Of a DNA stretch of 51,310 bases, positions 12,483 to 24,382 are shown one piece after another. The position numbers and the translations under genes are program-made. Source of the stretch: Chlorokybus atmophyticus. Taxonomy: Eukaryota; Plantae; Mesostigma and Chlorokybus algae. The notes beneath the pieces are model-generated. The model saw only the letters and a program-made list of their open reading frames with translations, made no database searches and was not told the DNA's origin. Location: the NCBI GenBank assembly GCA_009103225.1, contig RHPI01002888.1, forward strand, positions 150,102-201,411, given 5' to 3'. Position 1 is the first letter of the stretch, and the number at the start of each line of letters is the position of its first letter.

Positions 12483-12917
12483 CTAACGCAGGTGAGGAGG
12501 GCCGTTGGTGCGGCAATCGTCGCACCGGTACTCCTCCATGGGTATTGCGTCCAGTGGGGGCTCCAGACAGTAGCAATGCAGGCCCTTGTTACAGCCATCG
12601 CAAAGCATCATGAGTGCGTCATCGCCGGCGCTGCCGCAGCGTTCACAGCGTGTGCTGCGGGCGGGGCGAGGGTGCTGGATGTGCGCGAAGCCTGCTATGT
12701 AAGGGAGGTGACATGGCGCGCAGTTCACCATATTGTCTTTCAACCTCTTGCCACTCTGAGCAAGAATGTCCAGCACTCCTGTGGGGTACACCTTAAGTAC
12801 CTTGTAGGCGGTGCGGCCCACGGAGGTGTCGAGCGTGTCCTTGGTGGCTGCCATGCGGTAGGCAAAGTCACCTGCTTGAAACCGCCGTTGGCACTCCTTA
12901 TAAAAGCCGCCCCGCAC
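12483..12917 (-). pseudogene. B2 integrase C-terminal extension with PHD finger (PHD ~12513-12647)
   Basis: CERCGSAGDDALMMLCDGCNKGLHCYCLEPPLDAIPMEEYRCDDC gives a complete C4HC3 pattern. Confidence 0.93.
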
Positions 12918-12962
12918 GCGCTCGTAGCGCAGAGTGTCACGGTGCTGTGCGATGCGCAGGTT

Positions 12963-14428
12963 TTAGAAGGCCATTGGGACGGTGTGCTCGAACAGCGTGG
13001 CACGTGTGGTGATGTCGTGGTGCATCAAGTCGGGATCGTCGAGGTTGTTCACCACACGGTCTCTTTCCTGCTGTGCACGGAAAGGAAACAACAGCGGACG
13101 CCCGAACAGCAAGTAGCTAGGGCTGTACTCATGCAGAGCCGCCTGCTTCGACAATCGGTAGCCCAGAGCCACCCACGGAAGGTGGTCGTCCCAGGTGTTC
13201 TTCTCATAATCCAGCACGTACTTGCGGAGTGCCTTCTTAAAGGTCTGCACCATCCGCTCGGCGAGACCGTCGGCTTGAGGGTGGTCACGCGAAGTACGGC
13301 GATGATCGATGTAGCATCTGTCCAGCAGGGTGTTAAACTCCCCTCTGAACTTAGTGCCCTGGTCGGTGATGACCTTAGCGCAGCTGCAGAACCGGCTGAG
13401 GACATGGGAGAGGAAAGCTTGGGCCACCCCCCTGCTGCTCTTGTCGGGTAATGGCACTTGCTCCACCCATTTAAAAAAGTGCTCGATCATGATCAGGATG
13501 TAGCGGTTGCCCCGCGCCGAGGGTGCCAAATTTCCCAAGATGTTGAGTCCCCAGCGATAGAATAGCCCAGAAATGGGGAGAGGGTGCAAGGTGGCGCTAC
13601 GTGTGTTGAGGCTGGCGCATATCATGTCACACTGCTGGCAATGACTGACGAACCCCTGCACCTGTTTGGACAGGCCATACCACCAATATTGCGTCCTTAC
13701 CAGGCTGACGGTACGCTTGACACCGAAGTGTCAAAGCTCCGTGTGGAGGGCAGCGATGATGCCCTCGCGTGTGGCTGGTGTTGGCACCTCTTTGTCCTCG
13801 TCCTGGACGCGGCGGTACACTTTGTCATCCGTCCACCGATAGTGGCGGGTGCGCTGGCTGACACGATTTTTCTCTCGCGCACTCATATTGGAGGGAAGCT
13901 GGCCACTTTGAAGGAAGGAGAGTGATGGCTTGTCCAGCCATATGTCCTGCCTGGTGTCGGTGGGTGCCAGCTCGGTATCGTCGACTTCGATGTCGACCGC
14001 GTGGACGTTCCCTCGGGGTGTAGTCACTGTGGGGTCGGTAGACTCAAAGGCAGGAACCTCCTCTGTCGTGGAGGTGGTGTTGATCTGGCGCCCTAACCGT
14101 AACGCAGCAACAGCAAACATGGCCGCCATGGTGGGAGCTGCTGTTGCGGGGCCGAGCTCGTGCCGAGCTCCGGTTGCATCGTTGGTACTGCAGTGAGGGT
14201 TGCGACTGTGACCATCAGCGTTCTGGTTGGTGAAGCCGGCGCGGTGGTCGATCTCGAAGTCATACTCCTGCAGCAGCAGGGCCCAGCGCGCACGTTTCCC
14301 CGTCACATGTTGGTTGGTCATCAACCACATGAGTGGCTGATGATTAGTTGTAGCAGCAGGGCCCAGCGCGCACGTTTCCCCGTCACATGTTGGTTGGTCA
14401 TCAACCACATAAGTGGCTGATGATTAGT
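12963..14428 (-). pseudogene. pol: B2 RNase H C-terminus and DDE integrase (rve)
   Basis: HQPLMWLM...RARWALLLQEYDFEIDHRAG; CQQC; LHPLPI...RWGLNILG...VITDQGTKF...HPQADGLAERMVQTFK. Confidence 0.92.
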
Positions 14429-14431
14429 TGT
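14272..14431. repeat. 80-bp tandem duplication abutting the A2 LTR
   Basis: 14272-14351 repeats at 14352-14431 with 1 mismatch. Confidence 0.9.
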
Positions 14432-15100
14432 AACAGTCAAGGCCAAATTTTATGATTTTCATGGCCGTTTTAGGCCTTATTTGTAAGGTACATGTTTTTT
14501 ATGACTTGTGGCGGATATCGGCGAGTTATGAGTCTGCCGCGGATATCGACCGGGGCCCCAAGACCAGTCCGGAAGGTGCCAGAAAACGGAGGGCCAGTCG
14601 AGAAGGGCTCGACCAGATTTCTGGAAGGGCCTAGCGCCAAGTAGTATAACTTGACCATATGAGCAGCAAATGAGAAGATATTTGGTGCGTTGGAAAGGTC
14701 TAGAAGTGTACTACAAGATTCTGCAATTATATCTTAGCTTCTAGTTCCGTCTAGCGCTAGAATCGTCTAGACAGTAGCATGTGCAGACTGGTAGGTGTAA
14801 AAGTGACATTCTACAATTTGCAATACAACCTTTAGCTCCCTAGTTTCTTGTGTGCAAGCTTGGTGGTGGCTAGAAGGGGTTGCTAGCGTGTGTCCACTGG
14901 TGTGTGCTTGCTTGTGTGACGATCCAAGGCGCTACACAAGTCGGTGTGTAGCTTCGAGCGCATGCGCGTGCGTATGCGAGTGGCGGGGCGCGCGTGTGTG
15001 CTTGGCAGAGGGGGCAAGGTTCCGGTGTGAATACCGTGTCTTGGTGAGAGGGTTGTGGATTGGACCAGCTCATAGGTGACAAGGCACGAGCACCGTCACA
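14429..15100 (+). repeat. A2 5' LTR (672 bp)
   Basis: TGTAACAG...CCGTCACA; reverse complement of the 3993-4651 family. Confidence 0.93.
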
Positions 15101-15102
15101 AC

Positions 15103-15114
15103 TGGTATTGGAGC
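15103..15114 (+). promoter_or_regulatory. PBS (initiator Met tRNA type)
   Basis: TGGTATTGGAGC two bases after the LTR; A1 has TGGTATCGAAGC; both resemble the canonical TGGTATCAGAGC. Confidence 0.8.
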
Positions 15115-15143
15115 ACGGTTTACGAAGGTGAGAGAGGAAGTGT

Positions 15144-16220
15144 GTGGGCGTTTACATTTTTCATTCGGAAGCGGAGTGTAGTGTGTTTGTGGAGATGGAG
15201 GATGCTCGCATGGAAGAGCTTCAAGCTGCCATCTTAGCATTAAAAGAAGAGCTTCATCACACGCAAGCGGCGGCACAAGCACAACGCGAGGCGTATGAGC
15301 ATGCGATGGCGCGTGTACAAATTCCCATGGCATCAAGCTCGCGCGTGCATGTGAAGGTGCCAAAGCCCAAGCTATTCAGGGGTCAACGTGATGGAGATGC
15401 AGTGGATGAATGAATTTTTCAAGTATCGTCTTGGTTGAAGCTCACGGAGGTGCCCACGCATTTGCACGTGGAGGTTGCAGGACATTGCTTGAAGGTGCAG
15501 CACTTGTGTGGTGGAGGCATCGATGTACGCGTGTTGCAAACGGGTTGGCGCTACCATTGACCACCATGGAAGAGTTGGCACTGGAGGTCAGGCATCAATT
15601 TGTTCCCGTTGAGAGCGTGAAGGCCGCACGCGACAAACTTGCAGCCCTTGTGCAAATGGGGTCGGTGATGGCGTACACGGCCGCGTTTCAGCGATTGGTG
15701 ATGTCCATACCCAATATAACCGAGGAGGAGCAACTGGATAGGTATACACGTGGGTTAAAGCCTTTGGGGCGTAAAGAAGTGGAGCTAGGGGACCCGAAGA
15801 CTCGCGGAGGCTATACGCATCGCGGAGCGTCTCGACGCGTTGTACTTCAAGTCCACCACAAGAAACACTGACTGGAGGCAAAGGCATGGTGATCAGCCCC
15901 GGGGAGGCTATTCACATGCATGGAGACGAGGAGAACCACGTTTAGCACTTGCCAATGGAGGTGGAGCCGACTCTGGGCCTGCACCATTGGAGGTGGGTGC
16001 CATACACACGCATGGAAGTGAGGCGAAGCACGGTGGACGTGGTGAAAGAGGTAAAGGTGTGCGCAAGTGTTATGCATGTGGGTCGACGGAGCATTTGGCG
16101 TACGGATGCCCCAAACGAAGCACGCAAAGGCCAACACCGGATGGCAACCCTCGCCGTGATCGTCGCGTCAACACCATGGAGCAAAATGGCGTGGAGCAGG
16201 AAAACGACTTCCCCCAGTAG
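15144..16220 (+). pseudogene. gag: A2 gag (frameshifted) with CCHC zinc knuckle
   Basis: KVPKPKLFRG; KCYACGSTEHLAYGC; stop TAG at 16218-16220. Confidence 0.9.
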
Positions 16221-19120
16221 GTGAGGAGGCTACTGCTGGGGATAGGAAGGAGCCTCATGCACGGACGGATGCTGTGACATTTCCATTAAAGAAGCAAGAG
16301 GAGATGGCTTTGAACGCGCCAATGGTGGTAAGTTATGCAAATGAGGAGACAACAAAGTACTTTGGGCTTCGAGCACACATTTGCGATAACCAAGGACGAT
16401 GGAGAGAGTGTAAGCTCATGATTGATAGCGGTGCCAATAGCAACTTCATGAGTATTGATATCGCGCGGCGTTACGGTTGGCTTTCGTCATTACGAGGAGG
16501 TGAAGTGAAGCTCGCTGGAGAGCCACCCTCTGGAGGTGATGGCGCTACGTTTATGACCAAAGAGTCGTGCGTTCGCATTGGGAAGATAAAGGAGAACATG
16601 CGATTTTGCTGCATCACCCTACGGAACGGGTTTGACGGGATATTGGGACTACCGTGGCTATGGCAACATAATCCATCTATCAATTGAAGGAAGCGCGCGC
16701 TCATCATCCCATCGAACGAAACGGTGGAGAATCCATTCAAGCTGCGTCGGACGTCATCGGGGCGCGGCACGCACAATCAAGTGGTATGACAATTGCCCAA
16801 ATCTGTTATGTGCAATTGAGGAAGTTATTGTCTCCACGGAAGGCAAAGGCTGCATGGTTGTGCGTGGTGCGCGAAAACACTGCAACATCAGCACCAGAGT
16901 TGAGTGACGATGTTAAGACGGCTACGATGGACCCCGAGGTGTGTAAACTTGTTAAAGAATACCAAGATATTATGGTGGACGGACTTCCATCTGGTCTACC
17001 ACCTCCACGGAGCGTAGACCACCGTGTGGAGCTGATTGAGGGCGTGCACAAGCCACCGTATCGACCCGTATACAAGTTGTCACCTTTGGAGCTGGAAGAG
17101 GCCGAGAGGCAGGTGGCGGACTTGCTGAAAAGAAGCTACATCAGGCCTAGTAAGTCCCCTATGGCGCACCTATTTTGTTTGTACGAAAGAAGAACGGGAG
17201 CTTGCGCATGTGCGTCCACTACCGAGCTCTCAACAATATCACAAAGAGGAATTGCTTTCCACTCCCACGTATCGACAAGTTGCTGGAGCAATTGCAAGGT
17301 GCGCAGTACTTCACAACACTTGATCTTGCTGGAGGTTATCACCAAATCCGCATCGCGCCCGAGGATGTGGAGAAACAGCTTTTAACACACGTTATGGGCA
17401 CTACGAGTGGTTGGTCATGTCCTTCGGACTTACGAACGCACCGGCAACATTTCAAACGCTTATGAACAGCGTTTTTGCTAACTTGATTGGTAAGGGAATC
17501 CTCGTGTACCTCGACGACATTTTGGTGTACGCGAAAACAAAGGAAGAGCACGTGGCACTTCTACGGCGCGTGTTGCAGCGTTTGCGCGAACACAATTTGT
17601 ATGCCCAGCTACAAAAGTACAAATTCTTGCTTCGAGAGGTGGAGTACCTAGGCCACATCGTGTCGCATGAAGGCATCAAGCCGGACCCCAACAAAGTGCA
17701 GGTGGTGCGCGAGTGGGCTTCTCCAACCAACGTAAAGGAGGTGATGTCCTTTTTAGGTCTTGCGGGGTATTATCGCAAGTTTATGATGGGGTTTTCGCGC
17801 ATAGCTGCTCCCTTGACTGCCCTACTCAAGAAGGGAAAGCCTTGGAGCTGGTCAGCAACAGAGGAACATGCATTTGCTGCGTTGAAGAAGGCGATGACGG
17901 AGGCACCAGTCATGACTCACCCCGACATGGCAAAGACATTTATTTTGGCTTGCGACGCGTCCGACACAGCCGTAGGAGCTGTTTTGCAGCAAGACCATGG
18001 CAACGGCCTTCAACCAGTAGCATTCTTCAGCAAGAAGATGAGTGGTGCGGAGCTGAATTACCCCGTGCACGAGATGGAACTTTTAGCGCAAGTCATGGCG
18101 CTACAACAATGGCGTTGTTTTTTGGAAGGCAAAAATTCGTGCTTGAGACGGATCACTCTCCACTGAGGTACTTAAAAACACAACCTCATCTAAGTCGCAG
18201 ACAAGCTCGATGGCTTGAGTTCTTTTGACTTTTTGACTTCGATATCAAGTACAAGCCCGGTACGTCAAATGGTGTTGCTGACGCGCTGAGCCGGCTTAAT
18301 GCAATTGAGGCCCTGGCTCAAGTGCAGCCCGAGTGGACCGACCAGATTTGGCAAGCGCTTCGTGAAGACACGGAGGATATGAAAGTGTTGCAAGAGCTGA
18401 AAAATGCAGCTACGGACACAAGTGGGCATTGGTCAATGCGCGACGGGCTGCTTTGGCACCACGGGCGCTTGTACATCCCCAACGTCGCGCATATCCGTGT
18501 GAAGTTGCTGAAGGAAGCTCATGACGTGCCCATTGCTGGTCACCAAGGGTTGGAGAGGACTTTGGCAAGCTTGAAGCAGCGTTTTTACTGGCGAGAGATG
18601 CATCGCGATGTGCGCGACTATGTGGCGTTGTGCGACGCATGCCAAAGGGTGAGGCAAGCAACCAAAAGCCAGGTGGGTTGCTGCAACCTCTCCCTGTGCC
18701 ATTATCCAAGTGGGAGCAAGTTACCATGGACTTTATCACGGGGCTACCAAAGACAAAAGAAGGGTACGACGCTATGCTTGTGTTCGTCGATAAAGCCAGC
18801 AAAATGGTACGCTTGGCACCGTGTACTGAGTCTTGCACGGCACCGGAGGCAGCACGCTTGTTCGTGAAGCATGTGTTTCGTTCTCATGGATTACCACGAA
18901 GCATTGTGAGTGATCGCGACCCGCGCTTTACCAGTAAGTTTTGGGAGGCGCTGCATNGCATGGTGCACTTGGTACCACACTGAAGTTTAGCACGGCATTC
19001 CACCCGCAAACTGATGGGCAAACGGAGCGGGCCAACCGTGTGATTGAGGACATGCTGCGTTGCTACGTTAACGCGCGACAAGATTATTGGGCGGAGCTGC
19101 TTGAGTTGGTGGAGTTTGCG
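16199..19120 (+). pseudogene. pol: A2 pol: PR, RT, RNase H, integrase (several frameshifts)
   Basis: LMIDSGANSNF; LVYLDDILVY; FILACDASDTAVGAVLQQ; GLPRSIVSDRDPRF; [12 protein letters not shown]. Confidence 0.94.
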
Positions 19121-19122
19121 TG

Positions 19123-19900
19123 TTTGCGAAGTACAAACCGGTGATAGTAGTTGGCAAGGCCTAGAAAGGCAGACGCGTGAGGTCTGTGGGAGCAGGGATA
19201 GCCGCCAGAGCCTCCACCTTTGCCTGCTGTAAGTACACACCGTGGGGCACAATCATGTGCCCTAGGTAGGGTACCTTGCGAGTGAAAAAGGTGCACTTGT
19301 CGGGGTGCACTGTTATTCCCACCCCCTTGAGTCTCTCCAGCACTTCCTCGATGTGCTGCAGGTGCTCGTCGTTATTGCGACTAAAGATGAAGATGTCGTC
19401 AATGTAGCATCGCGCGGAGTCCAGTCCCTTTAAGGCTTTGTCCATAACGCGCTGGAACTTGGCCGGAGCGTTCTTCAGTCCGAAGGGCATGACCTTCCAT
19501 TGGTACAGCTGCCGGTTGCCCCAGAAAGTAGTCTTGTGCTTGTCCTCCTTTTTGATGGCGATCTGGTTGTACCCTTGTCGCATATCCAGGATGCTGAAGA
19601 CAGTGCAGTCTCCTACATCATCAAAGATACCCTCTGCAGTAGGCATTGGATACTTGTCTTGTTTGGTCTTGTTGTTGAGGGTGCGATAGTCCCCGCACAT
19701 GCGCCGGTCTGTCCAGTTGCCTACTGAGTCCTTCTTCAGGGGCATGACGGTCCCGGCCGCAAAATCTGATGTGGACTCCTCAAATACGCCTGCATCTAGC
19801 ACAACCTTGCATCTCTGCTCCACCAAGTCTTCTGCCAACTTGGAGAGTCAATACTGTCGTCGAAACACCGGTTCGGTGTCCACCAACTCGATGTTCATCT
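19123..19900 (-). pseudogene. pol: B2 reverse transcriptase (gypsy type)
   Basis: RMCGDYRTLN...LDMRQGYNQI...VMPFGLKNAPAKFQR...CYIDDIFIFS...VPYLGH; TGA (likely from CGA) at 19848. Confidence 0.95.
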
Positions 19901-20414
19901 GGTAAACTGAGCAAACGTCCAGTTCCTTTACGCTAAAACTGAATCGACTTCTCCACTTGTTGAGGAGAGCCTCCAGCTGTTCTCGCGTCTGGCCTGTAGC
20001 CAGTGGTCCAATGGCATGGGACCACGAGGTGGCGTTGGCGACTACTGGGATGTCCTCCACAGTGACTGTTGCCTGCTCCTCCATATGGGCGATTTCAAGG
20101 GCGGTGTGTGCCGCTTTGGTCTCTTGCACGCGATCGGCCCAACCCCTGCCAGGTGTTTGAGCTCCTGGAAGAACATATGGCAGTCTTAAGCAGCAAAGCA
20201 CATTTTCAATAACCATACCATGCTGTTTTGATCCATGGCGCGTCCCAGCAATTGGCATTGTTGAGTGTCGGTCAGCGTGGAACCTGTGATACTGCCTGGA
20301 GGGAAGCCCATGGCGCGTTCGCGCTCACGTGCGTTGGGTTCTTCCAGCTGGCCTGTGTTGGAATCCAACACCATGCCTGCGCCGTGGTTGCGGAAGGCGT
20401 ACGATTCTGGGTAG

Positions 20415-22847
20415 TGTTGAAGATATTCCTACATCCGGTCAGCTTGCCCTCTCTGCATAGGAATACACGGAGAGGACCTCGATGACTCCGGACTGAGTTC
20501 GAGCAGACTGCAGAGCAAGGCCTTACAAGAGCCGTTGGATCTTGGTAGATACGGAGCCGAATGACACGTGGAGTAGCTTGTTGGATAGATCTTGAAGTTA
20601 GCTACGTGTTGCATCTTACAGCACAGGATTCGGTTGAGTAGATCGTACGTTGTAGCTTGTAGTCCAGCAGTGTGTGTATCTGGTGCAGAATCTGGCGGGT
20701 ATAAAACCCCGCGGACTTGTTACCTTAATACAAGCTGTAGTGTTGTGATGTAGCATGTCACCCATGTGCATGTGCTTGTCAACGTGTGCATATCAACAGG
20801 TTATGGGCCCACACATGCATGTGTAGGTTGAAGTGTGTTGCAATTGTGTGTGTACTTGTGGTTGCTTCGTGAAGACTTTGAAGACTGAAGCTTTGAAGAT
20901 TCTGAAGACTCTGAAGGCCTTTGAAGACTGGTGTGAGAAAGTTGCAAGCTTGACGAAGCAAAGAAGGCAACTTAAAGACTTGAAGGTTGTGGCGAGAGTT
21001 GAAGAGAAAGTTGCAAGTTTTGCGAGAGGCAGAAGGCGACTTGCAGAATTGAAGCATGGACGGCTTAAAGTTTACAATTGAGCCACTTGAAGTTGACAAC
21101 TATAGCACGTGGAGTATGAAAATGGAATTGCTACTGATTTACAAAGACTTGTGGAAGTATGTCGACCCCAAAGAAGAAGTGCCTGCAGGGCAAGGAAGTA
21201 TTTGGGCGACATAAAGCAAGAAGGCATTGGCTTTGATAGGCTTGAATGTTGCGGAGCATCATCTTGTGATGGTGAAAGAATGCAGCACCGCGAAGGAGCT
21301 GCGGTTGAAGTTGGAAAGCCACTGCAAGTCGCGCAATATGGCACGAAGGCTACAGCTAAGATAAGAACTCAACTCGTTGCGAAAGCTGAGCGGGGAGCCA
21401 ATAAGCAAGTTTGTAGCGCGGGTGAAAGCGTTATGGAAAGACTTGTTGGGCATTGGCCATGAGCTCAAGGAAGTTGAGGTGGTGTGGGCTGTGCTCTCGG
21501 GATTGCTCACGGAGTATCGAGTGGTTGTTACCATTTTAGAGTCGACGACGGAAGAGTTGTCGCTTGACGGGGTGACACCAAGGCTTCTTCAAGAAGAACA
21601 ACGCTTGAAAAAAGATGATGAAGTGGAGGATGGAGCATCGCGCGGAGGTGTGGCGTTTGCGGCTTCAAAGTACGGAAAGAAGAGCGCTCAAGGCAACAAC
21701 AGAGAGTGTTGGCACTGCGGGGAGCGTGGTCACTTCAAGTACAAGTGTCCCAAGTTAAAGAAGTCAAGTGAAGAGGAGAGAGGGAGAGCGGTTGTATTTC
21801 ATGCAACAGAAGAAGGAGCAGAGTATCCTGGGTGGGTGCTAGATTTGAGAGTTTCGAGGCATCTCACAAGCGACAGGAGCAAGCTCATCAACTACACTCT
21901 TCTGATCAAGCCTGTTACGATGGACTTCGGCAACAAGACAATGTTGCAAGCAATTGCAACGGGGGACGTCAACCTGAGATGCAAGGTTGGGAGTGAAGTG
22001 AGGAAGGTTGTGTTGAAGGATGTACTGCATGTGCCGGGTGCATCTGCGAATTTGTTCTTGGTGCGTGTGGCCACGACGGTTGGTGCGAGTGCTGTTTTTA
22101 ACATGTACAAGGCTAGGATAGTGCTTGGGGGTGTTACACAGCTAGTCGGCTTTAACAAGGGTGGACTTTATTACGTGGAGGAGGACAATGAGCGCAAGGT
22201 GGTTGCTACAATGGCAAGGGTGGTTGAGAAGAAACCACAAGGTCAGAGCAACAAGAATGCACAGAAGATTGCTGTGAAGGAAAGCTCAGAGCCCGTGGGA
22301 GCTGCGAGAAGCTACAAGCAAGTGCTTGAGAGCAAGGTGCCAAAGGTGGTGAAGGACGAAGTCAAGGTTATCACCGAAGGCAAAGGTTCTGTAAAAGGAA
22401 GACAGGTGCAGCGAGTGAAGGGCAGTAACGAGCATGTACATCAAGTACAAGAGAAGAAAGGCAAGCTGGAGATGAAGCTTGCGGTTAAAAACAACAAGGA
22501 TCTTAAGGCGAACAGGTTTGAAGCGCTGATGGGAAGCATGGAAGAGCTGGAGCACGAGGAGCTCAGGTGTCGTTCAACCATGATCGCGCACAAGGTCGTC
22601 AAGAAGAGAAGTAAAGAGCGCGTGCGAGTTCACCATGCGTGAGTGACAAAGGCTAGTGATAAAGGCCAAGCTGCCCGCGTGGGAGTGTTGAAGATACGTT
22701 GTAGCTTGTAGACCAGCAGTGTGTGTATCTGGTGCAGAATCTGGCGGGTATAAAACCCCGCGGACTTGTGACCTTAATACAAGCTGTAGCGTTGTGATGT
22801 AGCATGTCACCCATGTGCATGTGCTTGTCAACGTGTGTATGTCAACA
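20415..22847 (+). mobile_element. Ty1/copia-type non-autonomous element C1 (Gag + protease only)
   Basis: TGTTGAAGA...TCAACA ends; 5-bp TSD GGTAG (20410-20414, 22848-22852); LTRs 20415-20798 and 22686-22847; PBS GGTTATGGGCCCA at 20799-20811; GGGAG before the 3' LTR. Confidence 0.93.
21056..22642 (+). pseudogene. gag: C1 copia Gag-zinc knuckle-protease ORF with two in-frame stops and a K/V/E-rich tail
   Basis: MDGLKF...DNYSTWSMKMELLL; CWHCGERGHFKYKC; WVLDLRVSRH (copia PR-like); VLHVPG..ANL; GGLYYV; no IN/RT motifs. Confidence 0.88.
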
Positions 22848-23829
22848 GGTAGGACACAAGAGTGGGGAGTGCACGCCGTGGTTGACCAGGCTGGTTGCAC
22901 TGGTAGAAGTGGTGGAGATCGTGTCGGGTGACTGGTTGTGCTGTACGATCAGAGTCCAGGATAGCGTCGACTGTCAGATTGTGTGGACAATTGCTGTGCA
23001 GATATTCAGCAGCAAAAAGATCTTCGACTGCTGCCAGGTTGGTCCACTTGGCGCGGACGCGATGAGCACGGGAGCCATGCCGCGCTGCGTTGATTCTGAG
23101 AGGATGTCCCAGTAAAGAACACATCTGTCGGAAGCTGTTGGCCACGTGATGGCGCTTATCGTCCTCAGAGTGCACATTCTCGATGATATATCCTGGAGGC
23201 CTGGACAGCTGGCTGCTCTGCACAATTTTGATGACACGCATTGACTCCCAGAGTAGTTGTGAGCGAGGATCATCGAGTCCTTGGCCGCTGCCTGCTCTGG
23301 AGTGTCTTTGACACTCCCATCCTGCTACCAGCAGGTCGATGTCGCCCACCGCTAGGAGGTGATCCGCAGTGATTATACGGATGTCCTGTGGCAGTGCCGA
23401 TAGTGGCAATCGCTGCGGGTAGCATTTGTGTAGGTGGCGCAGGTGGTGGCCTCGGGCAACCTGTGCGCGTGGATCAGGGTCACAGTAGAAGCACTTGGTG
23501 ACCGTCGCGCCGGTGTTGAGGACAGCGGCGAGGCCACTACCTATTCCTCCAAATAGTTTCAACACGGAGATGCCTTGTTGTCGACGTAATACGTGAAACT
23601 CCACTAATCTAGTGGCCACCTGATGTTGTTCCTGGACAACAGCTTGGTCCTTATAGAGAGGGAACCGTGAAGTGAGCCGTGGTTTGGTCAGTAGTAGATG
23701 TGCGACCACCTGTGCGCGCCAGTGGCGTTCCGCTGGTTTCTGGTGGGCCACTTCTTCAGTGGCCTCTTCTTGAGACTTGTCGTATGGGATAGGAGAGTCT
23801 TGATCCGAGTTGTGGGTGACCACTGCAGA

Positions 23830-23930
23830 TAATCTGTCAATGGTTGTCGACCCTGACCTGTAGGTGGCCGTTGCAGCTGCCCTGTTAGTGGTTGCCGACG
23901 ACGACCTGTAGGTGGCTGTTGCAGCTGACC
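23830..23930. repeat. 48-bp tandem repeat (2 copies) in B2 between PR and MTase
   Basis: GACCTGTAGGTGGC(C/T)GTTGCAGCTG unit repeated; encodes AATATYRS twice. Confidence 0.8.
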
Positions 23931-23949
23931 TTTGGTGGGAACGAGTGCG

Positions 23950-24382
23950 AGCCACCAACTCGAGGGGCAGATATCCTTCCGAATCTCTCCGTCCTTCTCA
24001 TCCCAATGAGGACGAAAGCAGGCCTTCTCTGTCCAGCATTCCAGCCCCATGCCAACAACGAAGTTGAAGTGCTGTCCCAACAACAGGTCAAAGGATCCTG
24101 CGTCGGTGACCACACACTTCTATATAACCTCGGTGCTGTGGGACGGGTCCACTCCTGTCAAGCGAATGCAGAGGGCTTGCTTGGTGATACCGATCACCTT
24201 GTCACGGCTGACGGTTGCGGTGTGTCGAGCATGTATGGGCACGGCATCAGCTCAGCGCTGGTGATGCCAAGATCACGTGCGAGGTAACGTCCGATGATGA
24301 TAGGCTGGGCTGCAGAGTCCAGCATCACCCGCTTGGGTGCTCGCCCATTGATAGTGACATGCTTGCCTTGGTTGGCGATCAT
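23950..24382 (-). pseudogene. pol: B2 aspartic protease
   Basis: PKRVMLDSAAQPIIIG (D[S/T]G-like) and VTDAGSFDLLLG. Confidence 0.8.

Larger units (their letters stand above)
14429..19120 (+). mobile_element. Chromovirus-family copy A2, 3'-truncated (no 3' LTR)
   Basis: 5' LTR and PBS followed by gag-pol homologous to A1; ends in the integrase at ELVEFA, where B2 sequence resumes. Confidence 0.92.
20186..23580 (-). pseudogene. C5 cytosine DNA methyltransferase domain inside B2 pol, split by copia C1
   Basis: Motif I VLKLFGGIG, IV AGWECQRHSRAG, V LDDPRS, VI IIENV and VIII AHRVRAKWTN lie in 22853-23580. Motifs IX-X ERERAMGFP...LLGRAMD lie in 20186-20414. Removing C1 restores PTLVSY-PESYAF in frame. 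Confidence 0.9.

Noticed and set aside
12450-13451. 333-aa plus-strand ORF
   Set aside because: Antisense shadow of the integrase/PHD frame; no recognisable motifs.
22828-23958. Host DNMT gene
   Set aside because: Intronless and located between PR and RT inside TSD-bounded B2.
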